Shown here: positions 28,322-40,859 of the stretch, piece after piece | Position numbering within the stretch: the stretch's first letter is position 1 | How the letters are laid out: each line of letters opens with the position of its first letter | Assembly: GCA_964016885.1 (NCBI GenBank) | Contig: OZ024740.1 | Location: 53,134,001-53,198,000 of the forward strand | DNA from: Eledone cirrhosa | Taxonomy: Eukaryota | DNA: 64,000 bases | Reading direction: 5' to 3' | The notes under the pieces: model-generated | Told to the model about the DNA's origin: nothing | What the model saw: only the letters and a program-made list of their open reading frames with translations | The model's database searches: none | Position numbers and translations under genes: made by a program

Positions 28322-28364
28322 TATAATATAAAATGAAATTGAGAGGCCTATATATTTATATGTA

Positions 28365-28397
<33 letters not shown>

Positions 28398-28489
28398 CTG
28401 TGTGTGTGTGTGTATATATTTATATATATAGGTGTCTGTGAAATATACACACTGGTCACAGACGCACACACATACACACATACACACAT

Positions 28490-28545
<56 letters not shown>

Positions 28546-28889
28546 GGAAAAATGAAACGAAATTTCATTTCCCACTCTTATATATATATACTGACACATA
28601 TACACATTGACACACAAACTTAGAAACCCTTCCTATTTAGAAGGAAATATTCGCTACACAAATCCTGGACCGGGCGATGAGTTGTGTCCTTGAGCAAGAC
28701 ACTTTATTTCAAGTTGCTCCTTCTAACTGGAGTTGCGACCGATAGATAGTATTAGCAATTGGAAAGACCAATGGAAACATTGTTTCCTTGGTCCGATTTG
28801 ATGAAAATCGATCATTCCTTCCTATATATATATATATAGAGAGAGAGATAGATAGATAGATATATTATTCACATATTGTACGCTTGCGA

Positions 28890-29245
28890 TCAATAATTGT
28901 TTTTACGTTTACCTCAAGGACAAAATTTACCCCAGTGCATTACTCGTATTTTATTTCATCGACCCCGTAAAGATGATAGGCAAAGTTAACCCAGGCGGGA
29001 TTTGAACTTAGAACGTAAAGGGACATCACTCTATGCTACATAGCATGGTGTCTGACACACTACCGATACTGCGGTTAATAATTGTTTCTACTTTTGGCAC
29101 AAGGCCAGCAGTTAACTCAATGCATTACTGGTACTTTATTTTATCGACCCCGTAAGGAAGAAAGGCAAAGTTAACCTCGGCGAGATTTGAACTCAGACCG
29201 TAAAGCATGGCGTCCGACCCCCTACCGATACTGCCAATCTAATGA
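28890..29245 (-). mobile_element. Two head-to-tail SINE copies
   Basis: Reverse complement of the 12143-12330 family, present twice. Confidence 0.75.
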
Positions 29246-29758
29246 CGTCAAATATGTTTTAATTACTTTAATGTAGTGGAAACCATAATGAATTGAATTG
29301 AATATATAAACACCACGGTTCATTGTTTCTTTAGAGATATGTATACATTGTTGTAGACTTTACATTGTAGTATCTTGTAAAAAAAATAATGATTCAGCTT
29401 AATTTGTATTACATAATACACAAAAATGTTTATCTTTCTATGTTCTACATTAATTCCATATTCATTAAATATGTGCCTGCTCTTTCGTGTGATGGTCTGT
29501 AATATCTTTGTCTTTTTGTTTCTAATTATTATTTGAGGCCGTCGTCTATAACCACTCTTATTCAACTTAAAGAGGGGTTTCCATAATGTGTAAATTAGAA
29601 GTATAGACATAATACCCACCAGCACGCACACATATTCATATGGTATAATCTAACACACGCACACAGACACATAATCACACACACACACACACACATACAC
29701 AGAATAACACACGCACACACACGCACACACACGCACACACACGCACACACACGCACAC

Positions 29759-29858
<100 letters not shown>

Positions 29859-30181
29859 ACACACACACACACAGAAACTATATGCTGTATCATGAACCGA
29901 AATAAAAATGACACCAAACCAATCTTACATTATCTACGAAACGAAAGAAATTACCGATAAACCACAAAATCGTGACCTAAACTATTACAGACATAATGTA
30001 TAAAATATATAATCCCTTAAAAAACTAACCACGTGCATAAAACCACAACAGAACACATTCCCATATAAAAGCAATAACAACATCCATTCTAATTATTAAT
30101 ACATCTATCTATCTATCTATCTATGTATCTATCTATCTATCTATCTATCTGTCTGTCTGCCTGTCTGTCTCTCTGTCTGAC

Positions 30182-30256
<75 letters not shown>

Positions 30257-32379
30257 TCGAGAAAATTAGACGAAGCTAAGCTATCCCACTTCTTGTTCAA
30301 GCTATACTAATAGCATCACTTAAACTGTTTGGATATACAGTAATGCCAAATCTGATTCGAAAACTCATTTAAAATATTTTCTTGTAATGTCTAAAAGAGT
30401 ATAGTAGATTGAAAAGAATGCAGTTTGCTGCAGGTACATATTTGTCTAACGAAAGGTAAAGTCAATCGCGATGAGAATTGAATTCATAACTCAAAGTCAG
30501 GAAACCAAAGAATGCAAAGCATTTTCTCTACGGCTGTAGACAGTAATATTTGTATCACTTCAACGCCTCAGTGATTCGTCAAATATAGAATAATGTAACA
30601 TTTCATAAGTACGATGGAGAGTGGGAGGGAAGAAGATATTGGATGATGTTGTCAGGGACACACTATTAAGGAATGGTCATGATTGGAAAAGCGTTTGATT
30701 GGCTCCATGAAGGCTAAACTGCAACAAAAACATTTGTAGTGGCAATATCGAAAACATATCAATTAATAAATAATATATTCCTTAGCAAAACGTTATTTAG
30801 GAATACAATATTTTATATGACAATAGTGTCGCTGTTGACAGATTTTCAACAGACCAATCTGTATTTCACTGCATTTCTGACGATGAGGATTTTAAGAGAA
30901 TGTCAGTGCAAATCGGGCGGAAGAAATAAAAGGCAATATATGTTTATCTGAAGGCCCCGTTTTTATTTTTGCTTTCTCGCTGATGTTTACATCTCCATTT
31001 GCTATATGTTAGCAAAAGATGTATATATACTTACAAACACACACGCACTTACATGTACACTCATCCACCACACTCAAACACACATGATAGTTGTTCAAGG
31101 TTCTATGCTGTGACATCGAACTCGGAACTGCATGGTTTCGAAGTCAAGATCTTAACCACTGAGCCAAGCTTGAGCCCTGCGTGATATAAATATCGTTAAT
31201 ATAAAGATAACAGCCTTAATGTATCTTTCAAAAATTACAATATCAAACAAAAGGAACAGAAGGAACTTTGAGGAAGCTTTTGAAACACTAACATTCAACT
31301 TTTTATCTTTGGCACAAAACCACACATTTGCAGCAGGGTATTATTGATTAAATCAACCTCAGTATTAAACTGATACTGTTTTGAGCCACTGCAACGAAAA
31401 AACCTTTACGATGCCATTTGAAGTCGTAAAAATGAAGCAGTAAAATCTTGCTTAAATTACATCGAAAGTAATTAACTGTTTTCAAACATAAAAAAAGAAA
31501 CATTTGATATTGTGCCCATCATTAAAAACTACCATACAACCACCCACAATTTGATTAAGGACGGGCGTGCCGGTGGTACAGATGCCGCTTAAATTGTTTT
31601 TTGGTCTGGAGTAAGGTGATGTGCTTACAATCCTCACAGTTGCATCGAGACTTGTGAAAGGATTTTAGGAAAATTGTGGGCAGTGGGGGCTGCTAAAGAA
31701 GTTGCATCCCAATGATGAAAGACTGGATGTATGGATTAGTGTCTAGGGAAGAGGCGCATTATGGGTGTCATTACATTATTGATGCTTATTCTATTGACTA
31801 AAGAGTCTTTGGTCTCCTGGCTAAAGAATCAAATTAGGAACTTTGTTGACACCAACAATTTTAGCAGTGACTGGTGAACATGCCAGGTTTGTAAAACCCC
31901 TAAATTTGTTTTCTTTTGTATCAGCTAATAGTGAAGGTGCGTTGTGTTATTGAGCAAAACATTTCATTTCACGCTTCACACTTTTCACACTTCATTTCCA
32001 GTATTCTCGGCAGAAAAGGAGCACCAGTAGTAGCTGGGAAAAGGAGTACCAGTAGTAGCTGTGTGGGGGGTTAATCCTGTAATGGAGTGGCGTCATGTTC
32101 AGAAAGAATACTTGTGCTCTGAGTCATTTAACGCCAATGAAAAATATAACCGATAGCGTGGGACAGTCTTTAACATTTTAATTGCAGGCTTTGTTAATAC
32201 AGGCAGTTAAAATCAGCCAGACCAAATAGGAATGGCGTCTATTTTATGTTATGAGCAATAAATAAGATTCGGCCACATATTTCCGCCCCTTATGATCTTA
32301 TTTTAATTGTATACCTGTACTGAAGAGAAAGTAAATATATTTTTGATGTACGTGTTATTAATTAATAGCAGGTAATAAT

Positions 32380-32672
32380 GGATGACCATGGATTTTGCAC
32401 CTGGAAAGCTACTCCTAAAGACACATGCATGGGCAAGGTGCTTTTTTGTGAAAGATCAGCAGTCACCTATGCATGCGAGTCTCCTCTTTCTGTGCCGCCA
32501 ATGTTGTACAAGGGAAAGGCAAAGGCACCAGTGAAATCGTGACTAACCTGGTTTGGTTAAACCTAAAAGGAAGTGTCTTGCTCAAGGACACAACGCGTTG
32601 CCTGGTCCGGCAATCGAACTTTCTAGATCAGGATTGCGAGTCTAATACCCTAAGCACTAAGCTATGTGCCTT
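32380..32672 (-). mobile_element. Second tRNA-derived SINE family
   Basis: Minus strand has ggcacatagcttagtg (A box), gttcgattgcc (B box) and ttgtgtccttgagcaagacactt; a related fragment lies at 28660-28725 (+). Confidence 0.65.
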
Positions 32673-33631
32673 CACATATTTAAGAATACGATTGTTCAAA
32701 ATGACAACATGTGAGAAATCATTAGTATTAAAAAATATTCGCCCCTTATTGGCGGCAAATTGACAAAGTTATTTGAGGGTAGGACAAAATGCTTAGTATT
32801 TTTTACCTTGGCTTTGTGAGGTAAATTTTTCCTTTTATTCTTTCGGAATTGATTGTTCAGTGCCCCGGCGTGGAGAGTTTCAATATTTATTCCGGCTTTT
32901 GCGTTCTTAGTTCGAATTCCGCTAGGCCTACTTGTATCATAGAACCAAACCATCACCGGGTTTTACGTCACTACCTAGTCATTAAGTACCTTCAAGTATT
33001 TGATCGATGACATCCGTTTGAGGTTATCATTCAAATCATTTCTGAATATTAAGTAAAAACAAATCTATTATTTCACACGAATGTTATGGTCATTATATCA
33101 ACAATCATCGTTGCAATCGTTGACGACACAGATACTGTTATCCTCATCTTGTCCGCCGCCACCACCTTCACTATCGATAGAAATACTGCTAAAAAATAGA
33201 ATTTATTTCCACTGGCTCTGTATGTGTCTCAGTGTAAGCATATGTGTGTATGAGTAAGACTATCTTAGCTATATATTCATGAGTGTGTGTATGTGCATGT
33301 GTGTATGAGTGTGTATGTTACTCATTCTGTGATGTGGTGGTACGTTTATTATTCTTTTGTTGACTAGTTTTGGTGACTAACGGACACACCTCCAAAGAAA
33401 CCAAATTTCGACTTTCTTTTCATCTTTTGTAACAACAGTAATCTTAGTCACTGTAAAATAACCCCCACACAGACAACTCACAAAAAAGTTAAAAGAATCA
33501 TGTAACACACGTAAACACACCGAGACGCACGCACACACACAAACTCTCACAGAGACACACACATACATAGACTCATAGACACACACACACACATATATAT
33601 ATATACATACATACTCTCACACACACACACG

Positions 33632-33733
<102 letters not shown>

Positions 33734-34407
33734 AATATAAGGGTATACAAAACACATAGAAAAACCTATATCAAATGAATAGAGAAACAATAGAAATTAA
33801 AGAATATATCAAATATAAAACAAACATAAAAACAACGAAACAAAAACACAATGCTATTTGATTTCTCGGAATCATTTTTATATTCTCTGTCTTTTTTATC
33901 CTTTTGTCTCATTCCATTTCCCTTTCCTTTTCCTTCTATACAATTACAATTGTTTTTTTTTTTGTTGTAAATACACAAACAACAAGAACAACAATAAAAC
34001 GCAAAACAAAATGGCGCAGTTTTAACATTGTCATACAATAAATTCAACACTGGAAGTGTAAAACGAAACGGCAAAGATATATACAGAAAGACGTTTAAAT
34101 TGCCAGCGGTGACCCTGCATTTACCAGCAGTCACTTGGAATTGCATGCATTGTCACGAACCGTTTCCTTTGTTGTTTCAAGCAAAGAACCTACGGTTACA
34201 AAAAAAAAAGGAAAAATAAAATAAAATAAAAAAAAAATCCTCCAAATCACACAAAAATAAATAAAACAAACGCTTTTTTTCTTGTGTACGAAAAGTATCT
34301 ATAAATTAGATTTCCATTTCGTTGAAGATGCAAATAAAAACAACAACAACAAAGAAAAAGATAAATAAATAGAAGTTTTCATTTTGCTTCATTCTATTTT
34401 ATTTCGC

Positions 34408-34490
<83 letters not shown>

Positions 34491-34788
34491 GTTATTATTA
34501 TTGTTGTTATTGTTGTTGTTGTTATGTATTATCATCATCGTCCTTGTTGTTGTTATTATTCTTATTATATACTCATATGAATGTCAAACTCATCTTTAAC
34601 TTGGTAAAAGAGTTTTATTATTACAACTGTTGGCTATATATACAGGTTTGCTGCAGTCGCCAAGCAGCACGTCACTGAATTAACTTTGTTTAGAAGACTA
34701 GAGTAGCGGATAGAATTAGATTTTGCGAAAACATCGAAATGACCGGAGAACATTTCTTCTTAATAGTAATATTATTAGACAACTGAGC

Positions 34789-35372
34789 ATGTATGTATGT
34801 ATGTATGTATGTATGTATGTATGTATGTATGTATGTATGTATGTATGTATGTATGTATGTATGTATGTATGTATGTATGTATGTATGTATGTATGTATGT
34901 ATGTGTGTATGTATGTATGTATGTATGTATGTATGTATGTGTGTATGTATGTATGTATGTGTATGTATGTATGTATGTATGTATGTATGTATGTATGTAT
35001 GTGTGTATGTATGTATGTATATATGTGTATGTATCTATGTATATATGTATGTGTGTATGTATGTATATATTTATGTATGTAAGTATGTATGTATGTGTGT
35101 ATGTATTATGTATGTATGTATGTATGTATGTATGTATGTATATGTATGTGTGTATATGCATGTGTGTATATATATATATATGTGTGTATGCATTGATATA
35201 TGTAATTATGTTTGTTTGCATGTATGTTTGCATGTATCTATGCAAGTATATATATTTGTATATGTATGTAAATTTTTGCATATAAATATGTGCGTATGTA
35301 TGCATGTATATATGCATAAATACATCGATATATATGTAAATATGTATGTTTGTACGTATCTCTGCGAGTATA

Positions 35373-35430
<58 letters not shown>

Positions 35431-35542
35431 GATGCTTATATATGTATGTATACGTACATAAGCTTGTGTTTATATATATACGTGTGTATGGATGCATGTA
35501 CGTATGCTTGTCTTAATGTATGTATGTATGTATGTATGTATG

Positions 35543-35576
<34 letters not shown>

Positions 35577-35630
35577 TGTATGTATGTATGTATGTATGTA
35601 TGTATGTATGTATGTATGTATGTATGTATA
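34789..35630. repeat. (TATG)n compound microsatellite
   Basis: Direct reading. Confidence 0.9.
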
Positions 35631-35802
35631 AGTGTGAATGGGATGTATCCTTGAAATGAATAAATGTTTATGTATACGTGTATATAGATATAGATATTTG
35701 TAAAAGGGGTATTCTGTGCTGATATAGACTGTGAATGAACGTGGGTTGTGTATGTGTGTGTGCATACATGTAGAAGGTGTGTAACAGGGCATTTGTCTGT
35801 GG

Positions 35803-35880
<78 letters not shown>

Positions 35881-35988
35881 GGGAGTTCAAATCCCGTCGT
35901 GGTTAACTAAAGTACCAGATAATTGCTGGCCTTGTGCCAATAGTAGAAACAATTATTAATAAAGAAATATATCTATCTGTAAAACCAT

Positions 35989-36091
<103 letters not shown>

Positions 36092-36308
36092 CTGGGATGG
36101 ACACACGCGTATAACTTGCTGAGTAAGTTCTGTTTAAATTTCTATAGAAATTCTTGTCTGATAACTTTAATTTTTGTACCATTTTGTAGAGGGACTGCCA
36201 GGTCAAACTTTGATCTGGTCAGTCTCTCAAAATATTCTACGCCTTTAGGCGAAATAGTTAAACAAAAAAAAAAGTTTTTTCTTGTTGAAAAGTCAATATT
36301 TTTTTTAA

Positions 36309-37811
36309 ATGGCCGAAGCTTCTTCACCAAAATTCGAAGGAGGAAAGGGGAAGATGAACTTACAGCTTCCCCCTGCCACTGTCACAGTAGCAGAGGTCAA
36401 GAAGAAAGGTCAGCCAGAGGAAGAATTCTCTCCACCTGTTAACCGACAACTTGACGTTGCCATGGCAACAACCCAAAGAACCAGCAGCAACAGCAACAAC
36501 AACAACAATGCGACGGACGAAAACAACACCAATAACAATAACAATAGCAACAACAACAAGACCAATAACGGTGACAACAACAACAATGATAACAACAACA
36601 CCACCAACGACAACAACAACACAAACAAACAAAATTTCTCCTTCGCCGAGACGACAAGGAAAACCCTCGACTATCTGCCAGTAGATATAACAAAAGCGAA
36701 GGAGCTACTGGCGGATGCGAAAAAATATATAGTGTACGGAGAAAATGGTTCATTCACAATCCATTCCCCCCCCCCCCCGGAACTAAAAAGCCAGAGACTC
36801 CTAAACACGGTCATGTTTAGGACAATCTCGAACAAAAGTAAAAAACCAGCTCAACCATCACAGAGCGAGATAGAGCTGGTTTTAAAAGACGTCATGAAGG
36901 ACATCACCTTCATTCAGAAGGATAGACTCTACGGGAGTCTATCCATTCTCATGAAGGACAGGGACACAGCAGTGAAACTGTCCATCAAACCAATCACATC
37001 CACAGCATACACCTTCTACCCTACGTACATGGGTAGAAGAACACAAAAAATAAAAATCCACACCATCCTGCCGATTATGGACATATGGTGGGTTTTGACA
37101 GGTTTTCTGGACCTGGAGGATGACATGCTGGTGTCCATGGGAAAGGCATCGGGTGACGCGTTCAGTGGAACGAGCCTCGAACTTGTAGTTCAAATGAGGC
37201 CCGAAAGGATCGCCCAGATCCCTGAACGCGTCATACTGGATGATCTAACCTTCATCAACATTACCGTTGAGGGTAGACGGCCCTCGTGTTACCTCTGCGG
37301 AACCAGAGGTCACCTGAGGGCTGTCTGTCCCCAACTTAATAAGAAAACCCCAATCCTGCCTACACCACCAACAACTGCACAACCAACACAATCACCACAA
37401 CTACCACTACAAAAACAACCACCACAGCTCAAACCAAAACAAAACAATGTCCAACCCATCCCCTCCACTCAAAAAACAAAAACAATTTCCAAAACACCCG
37501 TACCGCAAACACAACCCGAAAATATACCCCTCCCCTCCAACGCGGAAGATGACCCTAGTTCGTCGTCAGACGAGGAGGAGCACTTCCACACAATCAAAAG
37601 AAAAAAAAGAAAACACACCTCAGACACACAAATGAAAAAAAAACCCTCCCCAAAACATAACACTGACACCAACACAAAAGAGCTCACAACAACAGCAAAC
37701 AAAAAACACCACACAAAAACAAAAACATGCATACACATACATAAACACAAGAAACAAAAAACTGTTAAACATTGTGTACAACAACAATCTAATAAAAACA
37801 CAAGGGCCTAA
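36309..37811 (+). CDS. LINE ORF1 nucleic-acid-binding protein with CCHC zinc knuckle (probably continues by frameshift to 38109)
   Basis: 500-aa ORF with CYLCGTRGHLRAVC, Asn-rich and Pro/Lys-rich low-complexity segments. Confidence 0.85.
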   Translation: MAEASSPKFEGGKGKMNLQLPPATVTVAEVKKKGQPEEEFSPPVNRQLDVAMATTQRTSSNSNNNNNATDENNTNNNNNSNNNKTNNGDNNNNDNNNTTNDNNNTNKQNFSFAETTRKTLDYLPVDITKAKELLADAKKYIVYGENGSFTIHSPPPPELKSQRLLNTVMFRTISNKSKKPAQPSQSEIELVLKDVMKDITFIQKDRLYGSLSILMKDRDTAVKLSIKPITSTAYTFYPTYMGRRTQKIKIHTILPIMDIWWVLTGFLDLEDDMLVSMGKASGDAFSGTSLELVVQMRPERIAQIPERVILDDLTFINITVEGRRPSCYLCGTRGHLRAVCPQLNKKTPILPTPPTTAQPTQSPQLPLQKQPPQLKPKQNNVQPIPSTQKTKTISKTPVPQTQPENIPLPSNAEDDPSSSSDEEEHFHTIKRKKRKHTSDTQMKKKPSPKHNTDTNTKELTTTANKKHHTKTKTCIHIHKHKKQKTVKHCVQQQSNKNTRA

Positions 37812-38133
37812 CTTCACCCAGGCAGGGGATTTCCCCCACCTCAAAATGATTAAGGTCCCACAGGACACCTATAAAACTTTAAAAAACAATTTTAAAGAGG
37901 ACGTGGGTCCCCCCTGCGTCGGGCCCATTAACCGCGTCCTCCTAAAAAACTATCCCACCCCCTCCTCAAACACCCACACAACTCCAAGCTCCCCTACCAC
38001 ACAACACACTGATGCCCCCACACTTCCACAAACCACCACCCCACCCAACAATCCATCCCCCACCCTAATGGAAATTGTGCAGCCCGATACCCGGGACGCA
38101 GAGAGGTAAGTGCCTTTTCTCTTCACCACCAAC

Positions 38134-40558
38134 ATGGCTATGCTAAGAGTAGGCTGTTTAAATGCGCGTGGCCTGGGCTCAACTTGGAAGCAAGCAATGC
38201 TTCTAAATAACCTCAGGTCACAACGTATAGATGTGATGGTTATTTGCGAGGCCCGGATCAGCAACGTGCGACAGCTGGCCCCCACCTTTGATGACTTTGA
38301 GATGCACGCATCTCTCTGTCAGCCCGGAGGTGGGGGTGGAGTTGTCGTTCTGCTGCAAAAACATCTGGGTCTCGCAACACAGATGGTACATTTGGACCCG
38401 GAGGGTCGACTAGTGGTTCTGGACCTTGGCAGTGGTAAAGGCGGAGCGTTTAGGTTGGTAGCCGCCTACGGCCCTTTCGGGTCAATGCGGCCGGACTTCT
38501 TCCATCGTCTGGAGACTTTTCTAGGGACGTCCCGCTCCTTGCTATTAGTGGGGGACTGGAATGGTATCCTAGATCCACGCTGGGACTACGTAGGGGCCTG
38601 CCCCGATAGAGAGGGGTGTAATAGCCTCAAAGGGTTAATCGGTCGATTTGACCTGGCCGATAGATATCGACTAGATTTTCCGACTGCGCCAACCTGGACT
38701 TGGGCAAATCGTAGCGGATCATCTAGGTCGTACCTAGATAGGTTCTTAGTTAGAATTAAGGATAAGGACTTTTTAAGTTGTCCAAAAATGCGCATGGTTG
38801 GCTATTCAGACCACAAATTAGTGACCTGCATGGTCAACCTTGACAGAACTCATAGACAGGGCCCCGGTTACTGGAAGCTCAACTTGTCCTTGCCGACAAG
38901 TAGAGCCTACAGGAATCGGATTAGTACGTTAGTTAAGGAACGGTTGACTGGAGCGATCGTCAACAGCAGGTGGTGGGTATCTCTAAAGAGAGAGATTAGA
39001 GTAGTCTCGATAGAATTTAGTAAGGTTCTAGCTGCGGATAGGAATAGGAAGGAAAGGGAGCTAATAGATAGAGTAGAAGAGGCAATTAGAAGCGGCGACG
39101 TGGCCAGAGTGCTAGCGTCGAGAACGGCTTTGAGCCAGTTTTTCGACGCGAAGCACGAAGGCTGCGTTGTCCGAAGTAAAATACGTGCTCTAGGGAACGA
39201 GGGGACCAAAGCTGTTGGCTGGGCCCGCGTGACAGAGGCCAACAGTGGAACTAAATCCACCATCCGGTCTTTGCGAGACCTGGATGGACGGGCGATTCTT
39301 GAGCCTAAGCAGATGTGTGAGGCCTTTCAAAGGCACTTTGCCCGACTGTTCGGGAGGGGCGGGGAGCCGGTTGGGAACGTGGACTTCGGTCCATACCTCG
39401 ACGGCCTGCCGCGCCTCTCGGACAGGGAAGCGAAGTCCTGCGAGGAGCCGATTTCGGCCGCTGAGATAGAGGACGTGCTGAGCCAATGCGGCAAACGCAA
39501 ATCCCCGGGTCTCGATGGTCTTCCTTACGAATTATATCTAGCTATGCCGGACTTGTTCCCCGATCTCCTCGAGGCGGTCTACTGCAACTGGCAACAGAAC
39601 GGGAGAATTCCCTGTACTGTGACCAAGGGCGTAGTCACGCTAGTGAGGAAGGACGAGAACAAGGGGGACGAAATAAGTAACTTCAGGCCCATAACTCTGC
39701 TAAATACAGAGTTACAGATTTTGGCCAAGGTGCTAGCAAAGAGGTTGGCGCTTGTCGTGGGCAACCTGGTGGGAGATGCGCAGACATGCGCTATCCCTTC
39801 CAGGTCCATCCATGACAACCTCCACCTCATGCGATACATCATAGAGAGGGTTGGGAACGAACCCGGCTTTGGTGGGGCTCTGATCAACTTGGATCAATCT
39901 AAGGCGTTCGATAGGGTCGACCATGGTTACCTGGATGCGCAGCAGGTGCGACGACGCCCTCGGAGAAGCCCTAGACATGGAGGAGGACGAACTGGCCAGC
40001 CTGTTCGGTAGGACATTCAGCCCGGGACCTATGGACAACTTCCAGAAGTCCCTGGCCTGGCAGTGCTACCGAGGGGCTTTACCCGTTCGAGAAAGGCTCT
40101 ACAGACACGGGCGCCCGGGGAGGGACCCCGCCAAAAAGATCTGTCCCAGATGCGTGTGCGACGAGGAAACCGTTGCACACGCATTGGTACACTGCTCGGG
40201 CGTAGCCGATCTGTGGGGTTATGTCGAACAACTGCTGTCAAGGGTGGGACCGATCCGGTTAACCACCGAGTCTATTGTAATGATCAAGCCGCCTCCCCCC
40301 TTCAAAGATGAAGCAGAGGCGGTGTTTCTGTGCGTAATAGCCATGGCGAAAGAGGTTGTATGGTGGACGCGTCTGAAAGGACTGAGGTCAGGCACCTTTC
40401 TCTCTGGCCAACAACTGGTCCGTTTCTTCCGATATCATTTCGGAAGAAGGATCAGGATGGAGAGAGAGGTGCTGCACCCCAGCCGTTTCTATGAAAGATG
40501 GGTGAAAGTGGCGAGAATGGCCCGTGTGAATGGGCCTTCACTCTACATCAGACTATAG
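38134..40558 (+). pseudogene. Tx1-type ORF2: APE endonuclease, N-terminal RT and C-terminal zinc finger; central RT deleted at about 39940
   Basis: LNARGL, VGDWN, SYLDRF, SDH, GYWKLN, KSPGLDG, FRPITLLN and DQSKAFDRVDH, then a jump to CPRC...ETVAHALVHC; QG and YADD motifs absent. Confidence 0.9.
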
Positions 40559-40821
40559 GTGAGGAAGATGAAAGACCAAGGGAGCACCTCTTCTCTGTGC
40601 TCCTGAGGAGAAGGGTTGCACACTTTTTTCGGAGGTGTGTGCGACCCCCCAAGGCGCCTCCTCTCTATTGAGGATTTTGTTATAATTCTATTTTTTGTTA
40701 TATCTTATTTTATTTCTATATTTTGTTATTGCCTCCTCCTTATTGAGGACGCCTTTTTGTGTAAACTCCCCCGTTTGTACTTGTCCCACTTTTGATGCCC
40801 TAGTGGCAAATAAAAGAAACA

Positions 40822-40858
<37 letters not shown>

Positions 40859-40859
<1 letters not shown>

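Larger units (their letters stand above)
36093..40822 (+). mobile_element. Tx1/L1-clade non-LTR retrotransposon, 5'-complete but internally deleted, embedded in (TATC)n
   Basis: ORF1 plus APE-RT ORF2; AATAAA near 40810; (TATC)n at 35989-36092 and 40823-40858. Confidence 0.9.

Noticed and set aside
34100-34145. Possible pre-miRNA hairpin
   Set aside because: Stem too short and interrupted; no mature miRNA sequence recognised.
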